This document shows, piece by piece, positions 1-11,504 of a stretch of 64,000 nt of DNA (positions are counted from its first letter, which is position 1; each line of letters starts with the position of its first letter). The notes beneath the pieces were generated by a model. That model did not search any database, was not told where the DNA came from, and saw only the letters and a list, made by a program, of their open reading frames with translations. A program made the position numbers and the translations under genes. The stretch covers positions 24,118,001 through 24,182,000 of the forward strand of contig NC_043013.1 of NCBI RefSeq assembly GCF_006345805.1, given 5' to 3'. The stretch comes from Octopus sinensis. Lineage: Eukaryota.

Positions 1-547
1 ATCAAATTCGATGACTGGCATCCGTGCTAGTGGGGTGCAAAGAGCACCATACGAGTGTGATCATTGACAGAGCGGCTAACCGGCTTCCATGCCAGTGGGA
101 CTTAAAAGGCACCATTCGAGTGTGATCATTACCAGCGTCGCCTTACTGGCACTTGAGCGCCGTGCTAGTAGGGTATTAAGAGCACCATCTGAGCGTGATC
201 GTTGCCAGAGCGGCTAACTGTCCTCCGTGCTGGTGGCACGTAAAAGACACCATTCAAGCGTGATCGTTACCAGCATCGCCTTACTGGCACCTGTGCCAGT
301 GGCATGTGTATAAAGATTCGAGCGAGGTCGTTGCCATTACTGCCTGACTGGCCCTGTGCTGGTGGCATGTAAAAGCACCCACTACACTCTCGAATTGGTT
401 GGCGTTAGGTAGGGCATCCAGATGTAAAACCTCTGCCAGATCAAGATTGGAGCCTGGTGCAACCATCTGATTCGCCAGCCCTCAGTCAAAATCGTCCAAC
501 CCATGCTAGCATGGAAAGCGGACGTTAAACGATGATGATGATGATGA
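1..547 (+). mobile_element. Non-autonomous retroposon with RTE-like 3' end and (GAT)n tail. Related copies at ~2000-2180 (-), 6720-7180 (+), 7300-7470 (+), 9860-10210 (+)
   Basis: All copies share the 3' motif ggttggcgttagg..gggcatccag..ccatgctagcatggaaagcggacgttaaacgatgatg. Internal ~65/135-bp repeated units. Confidence 0.75.
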
Positions 548-958
548 TTGCGGAGTTGGCTAAAAGAGAATGTATTTGTGCAGTGTGGATCTTTAAAAAC
601 AATCAAGTTTTCTAAATGTGTGTGCATTTTTGAACTGACTCAAAACTTTGCAGCACACTTGCAGATATGCATGACACAATGGCTTGAAATGTTTGGTTAA
701 AAGGGTCAAACATGTAGTATTGGCATCGAGAGAAAACTAAGTTATATTTAATAATTTGTATGGTAGGTGTTCTTATTAATAAGATGGATTAGCTCTAAAG
801 ATATCCTACTTAGAAAGTAAAGATTACCAGGGTATTACTGGTGCATCACCAGCTTACCAAAGTTTGCTCTTGTGCCCATGTAAGCTGTTGTTGTAATTGT
901 TGTTGAGATGCAAGTTTGTATTTTTTGTATGTTTTAATAACTTTATTTTAATCTTTAG

Positions 959-1038
959 GATACTTCGTTTTCTTGGGATGACTTCCAACTGAAGAACAAC
1001 TGTGAATTACTTAACAACATAGGGAACTTTATTAATAG
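959..1038 (+). CDS. MARS1: Methionyl-tRNA synthetase, internal exon (DTSFSWDDFQLKNNCELLNNIGNFINR)
   Basis: Acceptor tttag at 954-958, donor GT at 1039. Translation matches the MetRS segment recalled from human MARS1 ([26 protein letters not shown]). Upstream exons lie outside the window. Confidence 0.95.
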
Positions 1039-1262
1039 GTAAATCTCTCTCTCTCTTCCAGTAAGAATAATTTTTAATTAGATGATAATTGTTAAATATT
1101 TGTATAAAAAGCAGAATTTAGTAAAATTCTGTTAGAGTTTTCCTTAACTTGGTATTATAATTATTCTTGTCTGCTAAATTATATCCTAGATTTTAATAGT
1201 TTTCTTGTTTCAACACTTTCTAAATACTTTGAATGTATAAAGAAACTCTGATTGTTTTGTAG

Positions 1263-1394
1263 AGCCTTGATGTTTATCAGCAACAGTTTTCAGCAGACAA
1301 TCCAGGCCATGGACCTAATTGAGGGAGATGAAAAGCTCATTGCTCAAATTAACAAACTTTTGCATCGTTATATAGAAAACATGGAATGTACCAA
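1263..1394 (+). CDS. MARS1: MARS1 exon (RALMFISNSFQQ...LLHRYIENMECTK), anticodon-binding domain
   Basis: AG acceptor and GTAAGT donor. 132 nt, phase 2 to phase 2, in frame with the previous exon. Confidence 0.93.
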
Positions 1395-3245
1395 GTAAGT
1401 TGCTGTGTTTTTTGTCTCTGTAACCTTTGCAGCTTTTATCTCTGTTTCTCATGTGAAAGACTATATTCATTTTCACTGGCTCTCTGTCAGTTATGACGAT
1501 GAGTGTTCCGGTTGATCCGATCAACAGAACAGCCTACTTGTTAGTGTGCAAATGGTTGAGTACTCCACAGATATGTGGATTCAGCGTGACAAGGCTGCTG
1601 GTCCCTTTGTAATTACTGGTACAACTCATTTTTGTCAGCTGAGTGGACTAAACAACGTGAAATAGAGTCTCTTGCTCAAGGGTACAGCTTGTCACCAGAA
1701 ATTGAACTCACAATCTTACCATCATGAACTGAACATTCTAACCACTTAAGCCACAAATATACAAATGTGTGCAATAACAATTACTTTCACCTGCCTTTAA
1801 TCGGCACAGGGCCAGCAATTTCAGGGGAGGAGTAAGTCAGTTAGATTGACCCCATTGTTCAACTGGTACTTATTTTATCAACCTCAAAAAGAGGGAAGGC
1901 AAAATCAACCTTGGCAGCATTTGAACTCAGAACTTAAAGATAGATGAAATGTCGCTAAGCATTTTGCCTGGCATGCTAACGATCCTGCCAGCTTACCACT
2001 TTATCATCATCATCATCATCGTTTAACGTCCGTTTTCCGTGCTAGCACGGGTTGGACGGTTCAACCGGGGTCTGGGAAGCTAGGGGCGGCTCCAGTCTGA
2101 TCTGGCAGAGTTTCTACGGCTGGATGCCCTTCCTAACGCCAACCACTCCACGAGTGTAGTGGGTGCTTTTTACGTGCAGAATAATAATAATAATATTAAA
2201 ATTTTTAATTTTAATTATTAAATTTTTAATTAAAAAATTAAAATAATAATAATAATAACTTGAATGTGAGGCTTGTAGACAGAAATAATCCATAATCCCT
2301 ATAATAACAAGTGCATTAGGTATGATTAAAAAGCATATAGATAGATATATAGCAAAAACAGTGGGACTTACAAGTGTATATCTAACATAGAGAAAGTAAC
2401 ATTACAAGCACACTGCACACATTACACCAAAACGAACCACAGCACACTCCAAAGCACACTTTGTTTACACTCGTCTCATGTATTGCTTGATTTTTGCAAC
2501 CAGATTATTTTTGTTGATTATCTTCTCTATTATTTTGGACATTAACCCTACCACACCATGTTACTGGGAATAGCCTAAATGTAATTTCTACTGGATTCTC
2601 GTTAAACCAGCCACACACAGAAAACGAAGATAGAATACTAAAAATAGACAACAGACCATGTTGTAGCCTTGTCCTCAAATGTGTTCATCACTCGTTCTTA
2701 ATGGTGTCTCCACCTGCAACTGTTATTTATTTTTGTTTTTAATTGAAAAATTTTAACCGGATATTTTTTGCGATAAAATGAGTCTGTGATGAACTCAGCC
2801 CTTCATTTGGTAAATGAGCGAAGCCTAGACTCTTTGCAGTTGAAGAAATTATTGATGAGATTCTTTGGACAAATAATTTTCCCTTATGCAAGACAATGAG
2901 TGATTCGGACAATGAAACTGGTGAAAGAGTTGAGGTAAATAGTGATTCAGGTAAGCAAATCCAGAAGTTGAGAGAGGATAGGCCTATTATTGTTATTCCC
3001 CTGAATTGTTTTGTGATTCTGTCCATTAGTTTGCCTGCAATCATTACTCTTGAAGAACTGTGTATGCAACCATTCATTTCTTTTGCTCAGGAGCCCAGGT
3101 GAAGGGTAAAGTCAGACGCAGGGGCGCAGGATTGACAATGTTAGCACTACAGAAGCACATATCAGTAAACCTGTCTACTTAACGATATTAAGTAAATTGA
3201 CAACTGGAAATAGTAAAACTTTTGCTACTGTTTGTTAAATTTCAG

Positions 3246-3350
3246 AATGCGAGACAGTCTTCGAATCTTGCTTGAAATGTCCACTCTTGGTAACCAGTAT
3301 ATGCAGATGCACAAGCCTTGGGTTTTAGTGAAAGGGACCAATGAAGAGAA
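3246..3350 (+). CDS. MARS1: MARS1 exon (KMRDSLRILLEMSTLGNQYMQMHKPWVLVKGTNEEK)
   Basis: ttcag acceptor and GTAAGT donor, 105 nt. The GNQY..xxPW motif matches the MetRS anticodon-binding domain. Confidence 0.95.
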
Positions 3351-4703
3351 GTAAGTCATTCATTTCTCAATAATTTCTTATAAACATTTATTTTTCAGAA
3401 ATTTATCTAAACATTTTCAGAAATTTTATCATGTCTATTTACATGAATTTGAAGTTAAAAGAATGAATGCTAGGCCCTTTTGTTTCATGCTTGACCTCAC
3501 TGCATGGAATTGTGGTTCTTCTAAAGCCTCAGGCTGATTCAAGGCCTTGTGAATAGATGTTGATTGCTAAAAATTTTATGGACGCTTGTGGTGTGTGTGT
3601 GTACAAGAGAGGGAGAGATTGTGTGTGTTTTTTTGTATGTCTTCACATTAACACCACTTGAGCAGTAATAATATTTATTATATTTTTTTCTGTTTCTTCC
3701 AGTCACTTGACTGTGGCCATACTGGGGCTCTACATTGAAGAATTTTAGTCAAACAAATTGATCCCAGTACCTTTTTTTGTAAAAACTTGGTACTTATTCT
3801 GTCAGCCTCTTTTGCTGAACTGCTAAGTTACAGGGATGTAAGCACATCAACACCGGTTGTCAAGCAGTGGCTGGAGACAAGCACAAACAAAGATGCAGGC
3901 ACACATAAATACATATATACATACATACACATATATACATAGCGGTGTGTAGTTTAGTGGTTAGACTCATGATTGTAAGATTGTGGTTTCGATTCCTGGA
4001 CTGGGTGAAGTGTTGTGTTCTTGAGCAAAACACTTTATCTCATGTTGTTCCAGTTCACTCAGCTGGCAAAAATGAGGAATCCTGTGACAGACCAATGTCC
4101 TGTCTAAGAGGGGAATATATTACACCACAGATACCAAGACATTGATTTGGGAAGGATCTTTATCATTTAGTACATATATACACAAACGACAGGCTACTTT
4201 TAATTTCCATCTACCAAATCCACTCACAAGGTTTTGGTTGACCTGAGGCTAAAGGTGCCATGCAGTGGGACTGAACCATGAACCATGTGGTTGGGAAGTA
4301 TGCTTCTTACCACACAGCCTGCTCCTGTTTATTTACATCTCTCGTAAACTCTGTCATGTCATTCAGTAGTTTGATGAGCAAAGAACTGTAGAATAAAAGT
4401 ACTTTACTTACCAAAGTTGACAAGAGATAGAGCATTGTACCACAATACATCAGCTCATTAAGTCCCTTCCAACCGATGCCAGCATGGAAAATGTGAATGC
4501 CAAAATGATGATGATGAGACTCATCGTCATCTGTTGTTTTATGTTCTTTTTCCACACTGGTGGCATAAAACTATTTGGAAAGATGCTGCTAGAGGTAACT
4601 CAATGTGTCTAACTAAAACAGTGAGAAAAGCATCCATGTTTTTAATACTTACTCCTAAAATTCAAACCTTTATCCAGACTTAAAGCATTATCTAATTCAT
4701 AGT

Positions 4704-5051
4704 CTCTGAAGCACTCCGTCGGTTACGACGACGAGGGTTCTGGTTGATCTGATTAACGTGTAAGTAGCTGAGCACTCCACAGACATGTGTACCCTGAACG
4801 TAGTTCTCGGGGATATTCAGTGTGACACAGAGAGTGACAAGGCCGGCCCCTTGAAATACAGGTACAACAGAAACAGGAAGTAAGAGTGAGAGAAAGTTGT
4901 GGTGAAAGAGTACAGCAGGGATCACCACCATCCCTGCTGGAGCCTTGTGGAGCTTTAGCTCTATAAACACTCACAACGCCCGGTCTGGGAATCGAAACCG
5001 CTATCCTACGACCGCGAGTCCGCTGCCCTAACCACTGGGCCATTGCGCCTC
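4704..5051 (-). mobile_element. tRNA-derived SINE with 12-bp target-site duplication
   Basis: Head ggaggcgcaatggcccagtggttaggg..ggtttcgattccc has A and B boxes. TSD CTAATTCATAGT at 4692-4703 and 5052-5063. Confidence 0.85.
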
Positions 5052-5599
5052 CTAATTCATAGTAATCTGTATGCACAAATGGGGAAAAAACCTCTTGTAA
5101 CAGAACTGTGTGGAAATAATGAGAATAGAGGAACTCATTTTGTAGTAATTTAGTTGATTTGACAAGCGGACATTCGTTTGGGATACCCTACTAAAGGCCA
5201 TTGACTATATTTGTAGCCAGTGCAAAGTTCTAGCCAGACATAGGATGACGTGGTGCCACAAGAGCAAAGAAACAAACGTAGAAGGCAGGTAATTAGAAGA
5301 GAAGCTAGGCAATGATATAATTAGCTACGGGAGAAGCAGAAAGGAAAAAGTTTGAGAATGTTCTACGGACCAGAGAGGCATGAGATGTTCTGGATTGCAA
5401 GACAGCATGTCAAGAGAGAATCGTGATATTGTAAGAGAGAAGTGTGTTTGGGTGGATGATGTGGCACTTGCACATGGGAATTCTGTAAAGAAAGAGGTAT
5501 GGAATTGTCTGTCTGAAAGGCTGCTAAATGTGGAGAATGTATGAGAGAAGGAGAGTCTTCCTAATGCAACCTCTACAGACACACCAGCTATCTGAGTTG

Positions 5600-5865
5600 A
5601 CAGCTGTCTGGGTATTCTTCTTCCACAAGTTCCATTCACTTTAAGTGATCTCTTCTGTATGCAGCAAGTCCTCATCCATCACATGGCCATATCAGCACAG
5701 TCTTTTCTCTTGCACACTACATCTGATTCCTCTTATGCCTAATTTTTCTCAATGTATTGCATTTTGGTGTCCATGCACACTGATGTATTTACAATTGAAC
5801 ACGCTAGCATCATTTCTTCTAAAGCTTTGCATGTCCCCTGCATTCACAGGCCATGTTTCACTACC
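5600..5865 (-). mobile_element. RTE-clade LINE C-terminal remnant
   Basis: Minus-strand translation LREKLGIRGIRCSVQEKRLC*YGHV...KVNGTCGRR resembles the RTE RLRWYGHV and GRGRP motifs. Confidence 0.55.
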
Positions 5866-5867
5866 TA

Positions 5868-6092
5868 TTTCTTTATTACCCACAAGGGGCTAAACACAGA
5901 AGGGACAAACAAGGACAGACATAGGTATTAAGTCGATTACATCGACCCCAGTGCGTAACTGGTACTTAATTTATCGACCCCGAAAGGATGAAAGGCAAAG
6001 TCGACCTCGGCGGAATTTGAACTCACAACGTAACGCAGACGAAATATCGCTAAGCATTTCGCCTGGCGTGCTAACGTTTCTGCCAGCTCGCC
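5868..6092 (-). mobile_element. tRNA-derived SINE family B (ggcggcgagctggcagaa head). Other copies at ~1790-2000 (-), 10543-10757 (+), 47734-47953 (-, TSD AATAGAATAAC), 48172-48280 (+), 56900-57110 (-), 57233-57450 (+)
   Basis: Shared head, shared central gtcgactttgcctttcatcctttcggggtcgataaattaagtaccag block, and in several copies a tail ending gcccc(t)tgtgggtaataaagaaat. Confidence 0.88.
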
Positions 6093-7615
6093 GTCTTGTT
6101 TCACTACCAAGCATCGTACAGTCTGCCTTCCACTCTGACAGAAAACATGTTTTGTCACCAACAGAGGTGTTAGATGTCTGGGCTTTCTCCAGCCAATTCT
6201 TATTCTAGTGACTACTCTTTCAGAACATCCTCCTCCACTGCTAATTAGGTTACCTTGGTAACAAACTATCTGCTACTTCTAATGAACTTCCTGGCCATTT
6301 GAGAAAATCAGATTCAAGTGTGCCCTCTGTTTATTTGCTCCTTCACACATTCCATATACCACTAACTACTTTCTCCATTAACCTTTCATTCTACTGCAGC
6401 TCGTGTGTGTTCATAGCTTGTATTGGGTACACTGTATGACGTGTTCCTTTCTACAGCTTTCTTATCGAGCTGGGCTACTTACCTGATGGGGAGAGAACCT
6501 TCTGTTTTCTTGCTTACTACAATTTTGCTCTTTTCTAGGTTAATTTTTAAGGCCCTTCAGACTCAGGTTTTGCTTCCAAGCCTGGAATTTCTTTTCTAAG
6601 TCTGTTAAAAATTCCAGTATAAGAATCAGCTCATCAGCATATAGTAGCTCCCAAGGGCAGCTGACCTGAAATACCTCTGTTATGGCCATCAAGCCAAGTG
6701 AGATTTTTGTCATGGCTGATGCCAGCGCCATGTAACTGGGCCCATTAAAAGCATCCATCAAACATTGGGTGATATACTGTGCTTGTGAAGACCTGTCAAG
6801 CCGAGTGAAATTGTAGTCATGGCTGATGCCAGTGCCGTCTGACTGGCACTTGTGCCAGTGGCATGTAAAATGCATACTTCGAACTTTGGGCCTCATGGAG
6901 GCAGTGACAGGTGACCAAGACCTTTGGCGATATACTGTGCTTGTGTAGACCAGTCAAGTGAGACTGTAATTGTGGTTGATGCTGGTGTCAGGTCAATGGC
7001 ACCTATGTTGGTGGCTTGTAAAAAAACACCCACTACATTATTGGAGTGGTTGGTGTAGAAACTATGCCAAATCAGATTGGAAGCTGGTGTAGCTCCCCAG
7101 CTTACCTGTTTTCAGTCAAACCGTCCAACCCATACCAGCATGGAAAGCGGATGTTAAATAATGATGATGATGATGAGCTGGAAGATTATCAGAAATAATG
7201 GGTGACTGAGTACCAAACCATAATGAACTCTTACCTGTACTCATGGCTGACAGTTCCCCTGTACAGGCTTGTATGGCATTCACAAGCCATTCCCTAATAT
7301 TTCCTCTTACAGTCCACTCTGCTGGGTATTGTTGATGTAAGGAAAGGCATCCCGTCGTAAAAACCATGCCAAAATGGACAGAAGTCTGGTGCAGTCTCCT
7401 GCCTGACCAGCTCCTGTCAGACTGTCCAACCCATGGCAGTGTGGGAGGTGGGGGACGTTAAATGATGGTGACAGTGGTCTTATTTTTTGTGAAGCTTGTT
7501 TAATCAGATTGTTTACTGCTGTTTTCAAATAGAATGCAACGATAAAACAGCATTATTACTGTTATTTAATTTTGCCTCAGTTAAGTAACCAAACTTTATT
7601 TTTTCTCTCTTACAG

Positions 7616-7799
7616 GCAACGTGCTGGCACAATTGTCAGTTTATCCAGCAATATCGCAGCTCTTTTATCAGTGCTGCTGCAACCATTTATGCCTCAGACA
7701 AGTGCCACCATTCAATTACAAATGCAATTTCCTCCTGAGAAAAATGTGATTCTTAATAATTTTTCCTGTTATTTATTAACTGGACATAAAATTGGTAAG
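7616..7799 (+). CDS. MARS1: MARS1 exon ([33 protein letters not shown]...GHKIGK)
   Basis: ttacag acceptor and GTAGGT donor, 184 nt. The LLxPFMP motif is typical of MetRS. Overlaps ORF-track entry 7572..7826. Confidence 0.96.
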
Positions 7800-8185
7800 G
7801 TAGGTATTATTAACATTTTGCAATAAACTTCTGAGAGTCCAAGTGATATATCATTTATTTTATTATTGGTTTAGAAAAACTTGGATTTGGGGTTGTAAAA
7901 GCTGGTTATATTAATGCCATGTGTTGCAGGTGAAGTTCTATTAATTTTATGAAGACTGGAACTGGAGAGCAATCAATGCATTTCTGAGTCAATGGAATTT
8001 TTATTGATTTTTAGTAGCCATCATATTATGTTGCCAATGTTCGAAATTTTCTTTTATTTGAATGCATTTTTTTTAATTGTCAACTATCAAAATATTGATA
8101 TTGACACCTGTTGGTTGTGTTCATATTAAATAAACTAAAATTTACCTTTTTTTTTTTTTTAATTAAAAAATTTTCTTTTTAACAG

Positions 8186-8284
8186 CCAAGGCCATTATTT
8201 CAAAAGTTAGAAACTGACTTCATCCAAGGACTGAAGAAAAAGTTTTGTCCATCACCAACACCAACGGCAGCAGCATCAAACAAA
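8186..8284 (+). CDS. MARS1: MARS1 exon (PRPLFQKLETDFIQGLKKKFCPSPTPTAAASNK)
   Basis: aacag acceptor and GTTAGT donor, 99 nt, phase 0. Contains the PLFQKLE motif. Confidence 0.93.
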
Positions 8285-9187
8285 GTTAGTAATTCTTTTT
8301 GTGTTTCGAAGGATTTCTCTGCAACAACTTTTACTCCTTACTTCTACGATTTGTTTATTTGATAATCTCATTACAAAATTTGGAGATAGAGGAATGGTTG
8401 TCTTGCAGGACCACCCTCCATTCTAGGTAAGGTAAAGCAGTGCAATGGACTGGAATAGAACTTGGGTTTGGAGAGTGATAGGAACGTTAGATTGTTGGAG
8501 TTTTGGCAAGAAGGGAACAAATTAACTTATGCTTATAATGGACTAAAACCCATGAAAGTAGTACTTTAGCATGGCCATAGTCTAATGGCTGAAATGAATA
8601 AAAGAATTAAAAGACTGCTTTTCTAGGAGAAAGATTTGATAAAGAATAGTTTATATTTGAGAAATCTTCAGCCAGACCAAGGGTGATGTTGAGAGGACCA
8701 TAAAAGAGAAGAGACAGGTGTAGAAAGATGGAGGTTGTAAAGAACCATATCAGGTAGCTAAAAGGCAAACTAAGCAACGTGTTTATGTAGCAAGAACAGA
8801 AGCAGAAAAAGGAATTGGATCTCCCATTTTAAGATCTATTCCTCAAGTTTGGAGCATTTCCTCATGTCTGCGACAGATATTTTAAATTTTGTATTTATGT
8901 AGTCTGACAAGTATTGGATGCGAAACCTTGGGTAACTATGTCCAAGATATAAAATTTTTGTTTATATATATATATATACATATACACACACTCACGACGG
9001 GCTTCTCTCAGTTTCCATCCACCAAATCCACTCACAAGGCTTTTTGGTCAGTCCAAGGTGCCACATAGTGGAACTGAACTTGGAGCCATGTGGGTGGGAA
9101 GCAAACGTCGCACAACTATGCCTGCACCCATGGTATAAGTAGGTTTATTTTGACCCTTAAAAGATTTGTTTTGTTTCTTATTTTTAG

Positions 9188-9262
9188 ACCGACCAAGCTG
9201 CAGCTGCCACACTTGGTTCAGAAGCAGACGTAGACACTTTAAACCAGTTAGTAACAGAACAG
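9188..9262 (+). CDS. MARS1: MARS1 exon, linker and start of WHEP domain (TDQAAAATLGSEADVDTLNQLVTEQ)
   Basis: tttttag acceptor and GTAATC donor, 75 nt, phase 0. The ending VTEQ joins GLKVRELK in the last exon to give the WHEP signature. Confidence 0.88.
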
Positions 9263-11185
9263 GTAATCGATTTGAAACTTTTGTAATCGTAATTACTGAG
9301 CGTAAGGTTGTTTAGATCCAGATAAGTTGTGATTAAGTTGATCTTTAACCAAAGACATTCCAACCATGATTATCCCACCTTTTTAGATATGATTCTTTTG
9401 AACGTAGTAAGATGTGGTTTGAAGAAGATTTAGCTGCTATTTCTTGTAGGTCGAGTAATGATGCACGGGTGTGCACCTGGGAGTTGTAAGTATTGCAGAG
9501 TCAATTTTTTTAAAGCAAATAATCTCTTTTCAAAACAAACTTTTATTACCAAGTTTAAATATAAAAACATGTTTTAGACAGAAATAAGTTGGCTGAATAT
9601 GGCCAATTTGAATGTTAAAGGGTTAGATAAAGATCCTGTTTTAAATATAGAATTATTTTAAATATAGTAACATGTTTCTGGCCTGTTAATGATTAAACTT
9701 AGATGCAAACATAAAGTCTGTGATTAATTTGTTTGTTTCAGAAGCACATAGTCCCAAGACTGGATGCTGCTGAATTGCACTTTGGGCTAATGTTTACTAT
9801 TGTAGCCACAGATTGATGAAAGCCTTCGGCATGACATTTGGTTAACAAAAACTGTGGAAGCTTACATATATATATGGGCCGTTTGCCAGCTCTGTCTGGC
9901 CCCAGTGTTGGTGGCACGTAAAAGCACCATCCGTTTGTGTCCATTGCCAGCCTCGCCTGGCCCCCGTGCCGGTGACACGTAAAAGCACCATACGTTTGTG
10001 GCCGTTTGCCAGCTCTGTCTGGCACCTGTGCGGGTGGCACGTAAAAAGCACCCACTACACTCACAGAGTGGTTGGCATTAGGAAGGGCATCCAGCTGTAG
10101 AAACATTGCCAGATAAGACTGGAGCCTGGTGCAGCCTTCTGGCTTCCCAGATCCCCGGTCGAACCGTCCAACCCATGCTAGCATGGAGAACGGACGTTAA
10201 ACGATGATGATATATATGTTTCTTAGCTGGCAGATCCTCTGATGTAATAATTACTGAATGAGGGGTAATCAGCTAGCTACTCACCAGGCTGAGTATACCT
10301 TAATTATATTTTTTTTATACCTATCATGGACAGCCTTGAAGCTTCCTACACTAGTTCGTTGGATCTCTATCTATGATGGACTCTTCCATCGAAGACAATG
10401 TATGAGCATTTGGCATTTGCCGAAAGACCTGCACAAATGATTTGTTCGTTATAGTGAGATCAAATGCTTGTGCCATACATTGGCTCACTCTCTCCATCAA
10501 AGTCTGAACAGGTGCACGGTGTACCATGAATCAGGTGTTAAGGTGGCGAGCTGGCAGAATCGTTAGCACGCTAGGCGAAACGCTCAGTGGTATTTTGTCT
10601 GCTGTTACGTTCTGAGTTCAAATTTCGCCGAGGTTGACTTTGCCTTTCATCCTTTCGGGGTTGATAAATTAAGTACCAGTTACGCACTGGGGTCGATATA
10701 ATCGACTTACTCCGTCTCCTCTGTGTTTAGCCCCTTGTGGGTAGTAAAGAAATAGGTGTTAAAGTGATTATAGAGCAATGCAAGATGAAGTGTTTGGCTC
10801 AAGAACACAGTGTACCACCCGGTCTAGGAATTGAAACCACAGTCTTGCAATCACAAGTACAACACCCTAACCACTTGGCCACATGCACTCATATGATATA
10901 TATACACTTTTGAGAAACAGACAGTGACACACCAGTAAACATACACATTTGTTTGGAAGTTTGTTTACCAGTGTGCCACTGTATGTCTGCCAAAAGTGCC
11001 TTTAGTCAGTCAAAAAACTGGAAACAGTCAACTACTTGAAATCCATGAAGGCAGAGCCCCAAGGTATAGGCTTGTGACTGAAACCAAAGAATAAAAACAT
11101 ATTTTTACAGAAGCATAGTTTTTGTTAGTTAAAAATTGAAATGTGTTCATGTTTTAATTCTGAATGATGTCCATTTATATTTTAG

Positions 11186-11341
11186 GGTCTCAAAGTGCGG
11201 GAACTGAAAGCCAATAAAGCTGAGAAAAGTGTCATTGATGGTGAAGTTGCTAAGCTTTTAGACTTAAAGCGCCAACTTGCTCTGAAACAAGGAATTGATC
11301 CAGCTTCTCTTGGGAATAAAAAGAAAAACAAAAAGAAGTGA
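11186..11341 (+). CDS. MARS1: MARS1 terminal coding exon, WHEP domain and basic tail (GLKVRELKANKAEKSVIDGEVAKLLDLKRQL...KKKNKKK*)
   Basis: tttag acceptor and TGA at 11339-11341. The seven exons total 831 nt (277 codons) with no internal stop. Confidence 0.96.
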   Translation, partial: GLKVRELKANKAEKSVIDGEVAKLLDLKRQLALKQGIDPASLGNKKKNKKK

Positions 11342-11440
11342 TCAGTTATTTGGAAGCCACAATTTTTCCAAATAGTGTATCGTTTGACTAAACTGCTATG
11401 GTTTTGTCAAACTACCGAATGAAAACAAAGAAATCCCATC

Positions 11441-11500
11441 AATAAAGGAAAATTATCTTTTCAATTTGTTTCTGTCCTTATTTACTTATTTGTTAATAAA
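11441..11500 (+). terminator. Candidate MARS1 polyadenylation signals (AATAAA at 11441 and 11495)
   Basis: Two canonical hexamers 100-160 nt after the stop codon. Which one is used is unknown. Confidence 0.55.
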
Positions 11501-11504
11501 TGTC

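Noticed and set aside
1-400. Regularly spaced repeats suggesting a CRISPR array
   Set aside because: The units are diverged tandem subunits without unique spacers, there are no cas genes, and the context is a eukaryotic intron.
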